From NCBI GenBank assembly GCA_030668875.1, contig DAOVER010000015.1, positions 30,001 through 62,000 of the forward strand: a stretch of DNA of 32,000 bases, given 5' to 3'. Source of the stretch: Candidatus Heimdallarchaeota archaeon (GTDB lineage: Archaea; Asgardarchaeota; Heimdallarchaeia; Heimdallarchaeales; Heimdallarchaeaceae). The notes under the pieces were generated by a model. The model did not search any database and had not been told where the DNA came from. It saw only the letters and a list, made by a program, of their open reading frames with translations. Below are positions 1 to 7,543 of the stretch, piece after piece (position 1 is the stretch's first letter; each line of letters opens with the position of its first letter). Made by a program: the position numbers and the translations under genes.

Positions 1-903
1 ATCTTCTGCGATGACACTAACTGGCCATCCGTTATACTTTCGAACTTTCTTGAAAATACTAAGATCCTTGAGTTTAGGAAAACGCAATATCAATTTTGAC
101 ATTAACTTATCGAATGTAGGTCCACCTTTACTTGAAGCCTGCAACAAAGGTACAATGTCGATATAGATCCTTGGAGCAAAGTAGAGGCAAGAATCTGAAA
201 CAGGACATCCTTCCACACATCTGTCTGGAGCACCTTCAGGTTGATTATGTTTTCCGAAGAATATCTGCGACCCAAAGGAACTAACTTTCTTTGCTTTGCT
301 ACCTATGAACCAATAGAGGATATCAAGATCATGACACGATTTAGCCAAAATCATCGGGCTAGTCTCTTCACGATTGTGCCAATGTCCTCTTATATATGAA
401 TGGGCATAATGAAATGAGGAGACATTTTCTCTTAATGATATGTTTGCTATCTTTCCTATTTTACCAGAAGATATGATTTCCTTTATTTTTGTGAAGAACT
501 CGGTATATCGCAAAACGTGACAAATTTGTAGGATATTACCAGTTTTCTCAGCAACTTCAACTAACTTTTTGCAATCCTTAATAGATACTGCCATAGGTTT
601 CTCCAATAAGACATCATAACCTCTCTCCAGGGCAAGAATTGCTGGTTTAAAGTGCATTGTGTCTTGAGTTGTAATAACTGCAATATCTGCGATTTTTTGT
701 TGTGCAAAGATGTCTTCCCAAGTTGTGAAACAATTTTCTTTTTTAATACCATGTTTTTGCTTGAAAATATTTCTGCGCTCTTCATTCGGCTCAGCTACTG
801 CAACAAACTTTATTTCATTTGGGTGCCTTAAAGCATAATTTCCATAGATGTCTGCTCCTCTATCACCTGCTCCAATAACAATAGCTTTCAAGATATCTGA
901 CAT
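1..903 (-). CDS. Gfo/Idh/MocA family NAD(P)-dependent oxidoreductase (3' end runs off the window; missing from the ORF track)
   Basis: Manual translation from ATG at 903: MSDILKAIVIGAGDRG... (Rossmann GxGxxG), VLLEKPMA (EKP motif), ICHVLRY, ILAKSCHDLD. The frame is open to position 1. Confidence 0.85.
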   Translation of the reverse strand, partial: MSDILKAIVIGAGDRGADIYGNYALRHPNEIKFVAVAEPNEERRNIFKQKHGIKKENCFTTWEDIFAQQKIADIAVITTQDTMHFKPAILALERGYDVLLEKPMAVSIKDCKKLVEVAEKTGNILQICHVLRYTEFFTKIKEIISSGKIGKIANISLRENVSSFHYAHSYIRGHWHNREETSPMILAKSCHDLDILYWFIGSKAKKVSSFGSQIFFGKHNQPEGAPDRCVEGCPVSDSCLYFAPRIYIDIVPLLQASSKGGPTFDKLMSKLILRFPKLKDLSIFKKVRKYNGWPVSVIAED

Positions 904-979
904 TCTTTTCAGTTGTAAAGATACAATTAGGCTTATATCTTTTTTCTAAAAATTGGAAGAAGAGGGATGAATTAACAGC

Positions 980-2125
980 TTATATTTCTTGGATTTCTTC
1001 TTTTATAATGACATTTCGCTTTGCTAATTCTTCAATTATTGCAGTGTATGTTTCAAGGTGTTTTCCAAGATACTCGGGAGGGATAATTCCTTTCTCGTCA
1101 TAAACACCTTCTATGATCTGTTTAACAATAACAGTACAAGTGTAACCTGTTGTTCTAGCCATAGAAATGACTTTCTTTTCTTTATCATATTTATCAAGCA
1201 TATAATATGAGTAGCGGAGTTTCTTCTCACCTTTTATCCCCTCAACAATAATTTTCATTACGGTAAGGTCTTTATCTTCTTCTTCCATTTTCCATTTGTC
1301 GAATAAGAGTTTTGAAGTAAGATCAATAGGTCTGATTTCTTTTCCATTTATCTTAATAGTTTTTTTATCAAAAAATCCTGTTTCTCTCAACATTTTCATT
1401 TTTTCTATATGCCCAGGATAACGTAGAGTTTTTTCTTTCATGAAAGGAACATTCATAGTTCTGAGTAGTGTTCGTAATCCATCAGTGTTAAAAGCTTCAA
1501 GAGTTCCAATACCAGTAAATTCCAATAATTCTGGCTCGGAAAGAGCTTGTTTTACTACTATCTCACTATTTTCTACATATCTTGCTAATCTAGTATATTC
1601 TTCTAAGACATCAATTGGGCTAAAAGGCGCTTTGTATTCGAAAGGCCAATCACGAATAATTGGTAATCCTCCAACATAACACAAGAAATTTCGTGTTTCT
1701 TCTAGAACGCTATAAACATGACCCAAAATAATATTGCTTAAACCTGGAGCAACACCAGCATCAATAACTGCTGTTACTCCTTTCTCTTTGGCTAACTCAT
1801 CCAACTCGAAAGGGTCTTCTCCAAAGAAAGAAATATCTACAATATTTTTTCCTGATTCAATTACCGCTTTTACAGATTGATATCCCATGAATCCAGGCAA
1901 AGCTCCCACTACAATATCATATCCGACTACTATCTCTTTGATAACATTAACATTTGATAAATCAGCACAAATGCCGTGAATGTTATATTGAGCAGTTATC
2001 TCATCCAGTGTTTCTTGGTTAACATCGACAAGAGAAACATCATTGTTTATATCTTCAGCAAGATCCCTTGCAATAACATTTCCAACTAAACCTGCACCTA
2101 AAACGATTATTTTCAAATCTAGCAC
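980..2125 (-). CDS. Saccharopine dehydrogenase / lysine 6-dehydrogenase family protein
   Basis: GAGLVG Rossmann motif, DAGVAPGLSN, YVGGLP, FSPIDVLEEY, LEAFNTDGLRTL, KTLRYPGH, MARTTGY. GTG start. Confidence 0.85.
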   Translation of the reverse strand: MLDLKIIVLGAGLVGNVIARDLAEDINNDVSLVDVNQETLDEITAQYNIHGICADLSNVNVIKEIVVGYDIVVGALPGFMGYQSVKAVIESGKNIVDISFFGEDPFELDELAKEKGVTAVIDAGVAPGLSNIILGHVYSVLEETRNFLCYVGGLPIIRDWPFEYKAPFSPIDVLEEYTRLARYVENSEIVVKQALSEPELLEFTGIGTLEAFNTDGLRTLLRTMNVPFMKEKTLRYPGHIEKMKMLRETGFFDKKTIKINGKEIRPIDLTSKLLFDKWKMEEEDKDLTVMKIIVEGIKGEKKLRYSYYMLDKYDKEKKVISMARTTGYTCTVIVKQIIEGVYDEKGIIPPEYLGKHLETYTAIIEELAKRNVIIKEEIQEI

Positions 2126-2348
2126 CTTAGATTATTTGGTTGTATTAGAGTGAATAAGAAGAAGTTAAAAGAGTTACTACGTCAAAGCGGATTTAAGTCA
2201 GTCAACTATGGGCTCTACTTCTTCATTAGAAAGATCATGATAATTACACTAATTTGAAATCTAATGTTCTGATTCTAGAATACCTGTTTCTTCTTCAAAG
2301 TGAAGAATGAAAGAAAGAAATGATGAACTGTTTCAGCTAACATTGTTG

Positions 2349-2885
2349 TTAACTTATCTTCTTAAATACCAAAACTTTTTTTGTTTTTTCTTTTAGCTCA
2401 AATAAATTATCTTTTGTTATATTTTGGATTAGTTTTTCTTCGGATATTTGCCATCTTTGTATGGAAATACAACCATCATTCTTTAGAATTCTATACATCT
2501 CCGTTAATACTTTATCAAGAAATTTATTTAGAAAGTGCATGAAACCAAAAAGAAATGCTAAATCAATACTATTGTTATCTAAAGATGTTTCTGTAACATC
2601 TTCTAATAATGGTTTAACATTCTTGACACCAGTTTTATTAATTTTCTTTTCAATTTTTTTAATCGCATAAGGGTTAATATCATTCGCATAAATTATGCCT
2701 TCTTCACCAACGATTTTAGCAGCTGGAATAGTAAAAAAACCCGGACCACAACCAACTTCTAGAACATGTTGACCTGTTTTTAATCCAGCCGGAATGAGCA
2801 GTTTTTTTGGGTTCATAAATAAACTATACATTTTCTCGTGAATAAAAGAAGTCATTACAAAAGCTGTTTTTTCATGAAATGACAT
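2349..2885 (-). CDS. Class I SAM-dependent methyltransferase
   Basis: Motif I VLEVGCGPG, acidic motif ANDIN, EMYRILK. I place the start at ATG 2885 (MSFHEK), just after the upstream gene's stop and a GAGGGGA RBS, rather than at 2933. Confidence 0.8.
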   Translation of the reverse strand: MSFHEKTAFVMTSFIHEKMYSLFMNPKKLLIPAGLKTGQHVLEVGCGPGFFTIPAAKIVGEEGIIYANDINPYAIKKIEKKINKTGVKNVKPLLEDVTETSLDNNSIDLAFLFGFMHFLNKFLDKVLTEMYRILKNDGCISIQRWQISEEKLIQNITKDNLFELKEKTKKVLVFKKIS

Positions 2886-2886
2886 A

Positions 2887-3537
2887 CTATCCCCTCTTTT
2901 CACAAACAAACTCACAATATTCATTGCCTTCAAAAATAGTTTTACCTATTCCATCTCTATGAAATACAACTTTATCAGGGCAATAAATGTTGTACAATGC
3001 ATTATCGACGTTACACATTATCTTTGTAATCTCAGGTACTCCAAGTCTTTTGAAAAGTCCACTATGCATACAGCTTTTAACTCTGAAATGGTATTTTTTC
3101 TCTGAAGATTCAATGATTTCTATTCTATTTGCTCTTGTTGGACCTTCTGCAATCGCTATTTCATGATATTTTTTTAAGTTTTCAAATGAACGATTTGTTT
3201 CAGCATAGCGAAAATTCCCTAATTGAACAGATATTGCTACAGGTGTAATAATAGCTTGAATTGTTGATAAGGCCCTTTTTTCATCGGTCTTTTTCTTTAA
3301 GATCAGATACATTGATGAGATTAAAGCTACTTGCTTTTTTATGTCACCAGGCATTTTTTTTGGTAACTTCCTTTCCAAACTAGGAACTTTCATCAATGTT
3401 TTTATTAGAAACCAAAATGGTCTTTTAATATATCCTATTATTCCTCCATAAGCTATCAGAATAGTCGATGGTTTTGCTTTATTTTCAATAGATGTTTTCA
3501 ACATAGTTGATACCAATATAGGTATATGCGCAAACAC
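2887..3537 (-). CDS. Putative L-2-amino-thiazoline-4-carboxylic acid hydrolase (ATC hydrolase)-like protein
   Basis: C-terminal pattern FRVKSC-x4-F-x2-LG-x-PE-x4-MC-x-VD ... R-x5-TIFEGNEYCEF, with the Cys-Cys-Cys spacing I recall for this family. Confidence 0.55.
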   Translation of the reverse strand: MFAHIPILVSTMLKTSIENKAKPSTILIAYGGIIGYIKRPFWFLIKTLMKVPSLERKLPKKMPGDIKKQVALISSMYLILKKKTDEKRALSTIQAIITPVAISVQLGNFRYAETNRSFENLKKYHEIAIAEGPTRANRIEIIESSEKKYHFRVKSCMHSGLFKRLGVPEITKIMCNVDNALYNIYCPDKVVFHRDGIGKTIFEGNEYCEFVCEKRG

Positions 3538-3620
3538 TTATTAATATTTCTGTATTGAACAAATAATTCTAGGAATATTTCTAAATTCTTTTTCATATTG
3601 TTTAAGTGAATCATTAATTA

Positions 3621-3657
3621 ATTGATGATTGTGTAAAACTCGATGTAAATCAAGGAG
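3621..3657 (+). repeat. Conserved 5' module upstream of P1 (copy 1 of 3)
   Basis: attgatgattgtgtaaaactcgatgtaaatcaaggag; 33/37 identical to the copy at 4336-4372. Confidence 0.8.
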
Positions 3658-4170
3658 TTGCTAAAGATAAACGAAAACCATCTGGAAAAAGTTGGAGATT
3701 TAGTAGATGTAAATACAAGCGATTTAACAAAGAATAGATTCGGTAAAAAAATAACTCTGGTCTATTATTATTTGATACAATTTTCATTCTTCATATTTTC
3801 TAGCTTAGTAGGACTAGTATTTGGTTTGTATAGTAGACCTATTGCTACTTATCCTTATAGTGGGTTTCCTCAAAGATATATTTATGGATCAATAATATTA
3901 GCAATAACTCATAGTGGAAATCTGGGTTTATCCTACCAACTAAGTAGAAAAAAAAGACTGATATTGAGTAAGAGAGAACCTAAGATATTATCACCCCTTT
4001 ATATATATCCAATAATAGTTCTAAATTTAATTATGTCAACAATAAGTCTTTTTTCAACACATAATTTTGTATTTGATGGAAGTATATTCACTATAGGTAC
4101 TTTGTATGGAGTTTATGAAAAAAAGAACTTGAATATTAAGAAAAATTTCAGTAAGATTAAGAATGCATAA
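3658..4170 (+). CDS. Membrane protein paralog P1 of 7 (putative radical SAM substrate; subfamily A)
   Basis: AAGGAG RBS and TTG start. Leader NENHLEKVGDLVDV, three hydrophobic segments, YPY loop, C-terminal LYGVY (Tyr codon 4105) and basic tail. Confidence 0.85.
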   Translation: MLKINENHLEKVGDLVDVNTSDLTKNRFGKKITLVYYYLIQFSFFIFSSLVGLVFGLYSRPIATYPYSGFPQRYIYGSIILAITHSGNLGLSYQLSRKKRLILSKREPKILSPLYIYPIIVLNLIMSTISLFSTHNFVFDGSIFTIGTLYGVYEKKNLNIKKNFSKIKNA

Positions 4171-4335
4171 ACATGAATATACCATTCTGGAAAATAAAAC
4201 TAAACTGTAATTGAGGACTAAAATACTACTCTAAAGATGGTTTAACTATGCAAAAAAATGCTTTATTACTCAAGTTCAAGGAAATTTTTTTATATTCTTT
4301 TGTACACATATAAGTATATAATAAAACAATTGATG

Positions 4336-4372
4336 ATTGATGATTAAGTAAAATTAGATGTAAATCAAGGAG
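4336..4372 (+). repeat. Conserved 5' module upstream of P2 (copy 2 of 3)
   Basis: attgatgattaagtaaaattagatgtaaatcaaggag, preceded by an extra attgatg unit. Confidence 0.8.
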
Positions 4373-4375
4373 TGG

Positions 4376-4816
4376 GTGAGGATAAACGAAGACAAATTAG
4401 AAGAAGTTGGAGATTTAGCAAATGTAAATCCAGATGATCTTAAACAGAAAAGAAAGAAAAAGGTAATAGGACGTCTCATTTTTTACTTTATTCAAATATT
4501 CTTCATTTTATTTTCATCACTACTTGGTTATCTATTTGTTTTATGGGAACACGCTGATAGAACAGCCTACCCCCATGGAATTGCGCCTAGACAGGCATAT
4601 GGTGGACTTTTTACTCTAGTTGGTCTTATTGGTGCTAATGGTACAATTTCCTATTATTATAGAAAGAAAAACAAACTTCGCTATATTGAAATGATACCAG
4701 TTCAAATTGCAAACATTGTAATCTCCTTAATTGGCTTTTATTTTATCTGTGGATTAGTTTATCAACCAGAGGTGTTTGTAGGAACCCCATTATATGGTGT
4801 CTATAGAAAAAATTAG
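4376..4816 (+). CDS. Membrane protein paralog P2 of 7 (subfamily B)
   Basis: AAGGAG RBS and GTG start. NEDKLEEVGDLANV leader, YPH loop, LYGVY (Tyr codon 4793). Confidence 0.85.
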   Translation: MRINEDKLEEVGDLANVNPDDLKQKRKKKVIGRLIFYFIQIFFILFSSLLGYLFVLWEHADRTAYPHGIAPRQAYGGLFTLVGLIGANGTISYYYRKKNKLRYIEMIPVQIANIVISLIGFYFICGLVYQPEVFVGTPLYGVYRKN

Positions 4817-4901
4817 TTTTTCAAAATTTAACTCGCACAAGTTCTAGAAATTTTAAATAATTTTCCATACAGCTACCAGACACTTTGTTTTACAAATTCT
4901 C

Positions 4902-4915
4902 GGAAACCTTTTAAG
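4902..4915 (+). promoter_or_regulatory. BRE/TATA candidate for the P3-P7-rSAM-MTase operon
   Basis: GGAAAC-C-TTTTAAG in the P2-P3 gap, upstream of a tightly packed gene run. Confidence 0.45.
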
Positions 4916-4989
4916 TAATTTTGCATATTTCTTCACAACACATAAAATAATCTAAAGTGCATAATAATCCAAATACAGAATGTGATAAC

Positions 4990-5463
4990 TTGAATAAGGG
5001 AAATGTTGAACAAGTTGGAAAACTTGTTGATGTAGATCCATCTGATATCAAACGAAAGAACAGGCGGAAGGTTACTGGGTATGTGATTCATTACTTTGTT
5101 CAAGTTTTTGTCTTTCTATTATCGTCATTATTTGGTTATTTATTCATTCTGTGGGAAAACGCAGATCAATCAAGTTATCCATATGGAACGTTCCCAAGAC
5201 ACCTCTATTTAGGTCCAATAAGTCTATATGGTCTATTTCAAGGTAATGCCATATTTACCTATTTCCACAGAAAAAAACATAAGTTTCGCAACATTGAAGT
5301 ATTTCCAGTAGTATTTGTAAATCTTATAGTCTCTCTCATAAGTTTCTTCATGATTTTTAACGCAATATACCAAGGCCCAGCTCCTACTTTAGGTGTTGCC
5401 GTTGCTTATGGTATTTATGAAAAGGAAAATCCAAGAAGTTTTAAAAAAGTAATGAAAATATGA
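4990..5463 (+). CDS. Membrane protein paralog P3 of 7 (subfamily B)
   Basis: Alignment with the other paralogs favours TTG 4990 (LNKGNVEQVGKLVDV) over GTG 4957. YPY loop, AYGIY (Tyr codon 5407). Confidence 0.8.
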   Translation: MNKGNVEQVGKLVDVDPSDIKRKNRRKVTGYVIHYFVQVFVFLLSSLFGYLFILWENADQSSYPYGTFPRHLYLGPISLYGLFQGNAIFTYFHRKKHKFRNIEVFPVVFVNLIVSLISFFMIFNAIYQGPAPTLGVAVAYGIYEKENPRSFKKVMKI

Positions 5464-5477
5464 AGGAGTTTACACTA

Positions 5478-5972
5478 ATGAACAAAGAAAAATTATCTAA
5501 GGTAGGAGCTTTAACCGAGTTAAAATCTGAGGATATAACTCCGAAAAAGATTAGAAAGAATTTAACTTTAGCTTATTATTATATTATACAGTTTGTATTC
5601 TTCATATTTTCAAGCCTTGTTGGAGTTGTTTTTGGTTTGTATGGCAACTCTCTTTCTTTCTATCCCTATAATGCTTTTCCTCAAAGATATCTCTATGGAT
5701 CAATAATATTAGCAATAACCCATGGAGGTAATTTTGGTCTATCTTACCAATTAAGTAGAAAAAAAAGGTTGATGTTGAGCAAAAGTGAACCTAAGGTGTT
5801 ATCTCCTGTCTATATATATCCGGCAATTGTTCTAAATTTTCTCCTATCAACAATAAGTCTTTTCTCAATACATAACTTAGTAACCAACGGAAGTCCATTA
5901 ACTATGAATACTCTTTATGGTGTATTTTCTAAAGGAAAATCTAATAGAATTAGGAAAATCATGAAAAAATGA
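5478..5972 (+). CDS. Membrane protein paralog P4 of 7 (subfamily A)
   Basis: AAGGAG RBS overlapping the P3 stop, then ATG 5478 (MNKEKLSKVGALTEL). YPY loop, LYGVF (Tyr codon 5916). Confidence 0.85.
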   Translation: MNKEKLSKVGALTELKSEDITPKKIRKNLTLAYYYIIQFVFFIFSSLVGVVFGLYGNSLSFYPYNAFPQRYLYGSIILAITHGGNFGLSYQLSRKKRLMLSKSEPKVLSPVYIYPAIVLNFLLSTISLFSIHNLVTNGSPLTMNTLYGVFSKGKSNRIRKIMKK

Positions 5973-5986
5973 AAGAGGTTATAAAA

Positions 5987-6484
5987 ATGAATGAAAAGAA
6001 ATTGAATGAAGTAGGGAAATTAACTGAAGTTGATTCTAAAGATATAACTCAAAACAAATTCAAGAAGAAAATCACTTTAATGTATTTCTATTTTATTCAG
6101 CTTGGTTATTTAGCGATCTCAAGTTTAGTTGGATACTTATTTGGTTTGTATAAGAATGCGAATAACAGTTATCCATACAATGGATTTGATCAGAGTTACA
6201 TTTTCGGACCACTTCTCGTAGCTATTATTCACGGAGGCAATCTTGGGATGTATTATGGATTGAATAAAAGTAATAGATTAATTCTGAAAGACGGTACAAA
6301 TGCTAAACCATTACCTTTCCATATCTATCCTGTTGTTTTTCTGAATATACTTCTATCTATATTCTCCTTCTTCTTCATCTATAATGATATGATTAGTGGA
6401 TATGTTTTCACAGCTACAACTGATTATGGTGTATATATTAGAAAGAAAGTTCAATTTCATAATAAGCGAGCCAAAAATAATTGA
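5987..6484 (+). CDS. Membrane protein paralog P5 of 7 (subfamily C)
   Basis: GAGGT RBS then ATG 5987 (MNEKKLNEVGKLTEV). YPY loop, DYGVY (Tyr codon 6425). Confidence 0.85.
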   Translation: MNEKKLNEVGKLTEVDSKDITQNKFKKKITLMYFYFIQLGYLAISSLVGYLFGLYKNANNSYPYNGFDQSYIFGPLLVAIIHGGNLGMYYGLNKSNRLILKDGTNAKPLPFHIYPVVFLNILLSIFSFFFIYNDMISGYVFTATTDYGVYIRKKVQFHNKRAKNN

Positions 6485-6518
6485 TGATAGACCAAAATAG
6501 ATGTAAATATTGGAGGAG
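6480..6518 (+). repeat. Conserved 5' module upstream of P6 (copy 3 of 3, more diverged)
   Basis: attgatgat-agacc-aaaat-agatgtaaat-attggaggag. It overlaps the P5 stop codon. Confidence 0.65.
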
Positions 6519-7034
6519 ATGAAGATAAACGAAAAAAAACTAGAAGAAGTTGGAGCATTAACAGAGGTAGGTTCTGCGGATATAACTAAGAATAAGATTA
6601 GAGCAAAAATCACCTTAGTTTATTATTATCTTATACAACTTGGATTTTTAGTTGTCTCAGGATTTATTGGATATCTATTTGGTATGAACAAGAATACTAG
6701 TTCTGCTTATCCGTATAGTGGATTCGATCAAAGTTACATTTTTGGGTCCATTTTTATAGTAATTGCCCATGGAGGAAATTTCGGTTTATCTTATGGATTG
6801 AGCAAGAAAGACAAATTAATTTTAAAGAAAGGGGCAAATATTAAACTATCTCCTTTCTATATCTATCCTGCAGTTTCCTTAAATTTTGTTTTATCAATAC
6901 TAAGCTTCTTAGCTATCTATAATCTGGTGTTTAGTGGGGATGTTTTCACAACTACAACACGTTATGGAGTATATGAACAAAAGATATGCAAAATCTCGAA
7001 ATGTAAATATAATACTAATAATAAAATGAGTTGA
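6519..7034 (+). CDS. Membrane protein paralog P6 of 7 (subfamily C)
   Basis: GGAGGAG RBS then ATG 6519 (MKINEKKLEEVGALTEV). YPY loop, RYGVY (Tyr codon 6963). Confidence 0.85.
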   Translation: MKINEKKLEEVGALTEVGSADITKNKIRAKITLVYYYLIQLGFLVVSGFIGYLFGMNKNTSSAYPYSGFDQSYIFGSIFIVIAHGGNFGLSYGLSKKDKLILKKGANIKLSPFYIYPAVSLNFVLSILSFLAIYNLVFSGDVFTTTTRYGVYEQKICKISKCKYNTNNKMS

Positions 7035-7039
7035 AATTT

Positions 7040-7543
7040 ATGAACGAAAAAAAGCTCGAAGAAATTGGGAAACTCACAGAAACGGATCCAAATGATTTAG
7101 CAATGAATAAAATCAAGAGAAAAATTTCTTTGATGTTTTATTATATTATACAATTTGTATTTTTAATAACTTCAGGACTGATTGGGTTTATATTTGGTAT
7201 TTATGAAAATGAGATAAATACTTATCCTTATGTTGGTTTTGATAAAAATTACATTATCGGACCTATTCTTGTAGTAGTAGTTCAAGGAGGGAATTTTGGC
7301 ATGTCATATGGACTGAGAAAATCAAACAAATTAATATTAAAAAAGGGAACAGAGACTAAACTTTCTCCTTTCTATATCTACCCTGTTGTTTTTCTAAATC
7401 TGATTTTATCGTTATTGCTGTTTTTATCTATCTATCAGATGTTTGTACCTAGATTTTCTCAAACGACATTCCCAATGTATGGCGTATTTATAAGAAAGGA
7501 ATTAAAAAGTAAAAATGTATTAAGTAGGATTAATTATGTATAG
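7040..7543 (+). CDS. Membrane protein paralog P7 of 7 (subfamily C)
   Basis: ATG 7040 (MNEKKLEEIGKLTET). YPY loop, MYGVF (Tyr codon 7478). Overlaps the radical SAM gene by 8 nt. Confidence 0.85.
   Translation: MNEKKLEEIGKLTETDPNDLAMNKIKRKISLMFYYIIQFVFLITSGLIGFIFGIYENEINTYPYVGFDKNYIIGPILVVVVQGGNFGMSYGLRKSNKLILKKGTETKLSPFYIYPVVFLNLILSLLLFLSIYQMFVPRFSQTTFPMYGVFIRKELKSKNVLSRINYV

Noticed and set aside
561-785. 74-aa ORF-track entry on the minus strand
   Set aside because: Alternative frame inside the Gfo/Idh/MocA gene (1-903), which has clear family motifs.
2150-2257. 35-codon plus-strand frame VNKKKLKELLRQSGFKSVNYG... resembling a methyltransferase C-terminus
   Set aside because: Too short, no RBS, and it overlaps the promoter of the minus-strand gene. 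It could be a remnant but I cannot support it.
2319-2345. ATGATGA (perfect C box) in the 2126-2348 gap
   Set aside because: No matching CTGA downstream on the same strand.
3621-6518. TGATGA in the repeated upstream modules as C/D box sRNAs or a CRISPR-like array
   Set aside because: No downstream CTGA D box at a suitable distance. The copies are irregularly spaced by whole genes, so it is not a repeat-spacer array.
3658-7543. Paralogs as archaeal pilins/archaellins, circular bacteriocins or sactipeptide precursors
   Set aside because: No class III signal peptide (basic residues-G/A-hydrophobic stretch with E5) and no assembly ATPase. There is no exporter or immunity cassette, and cysteines are rare and unconserved.
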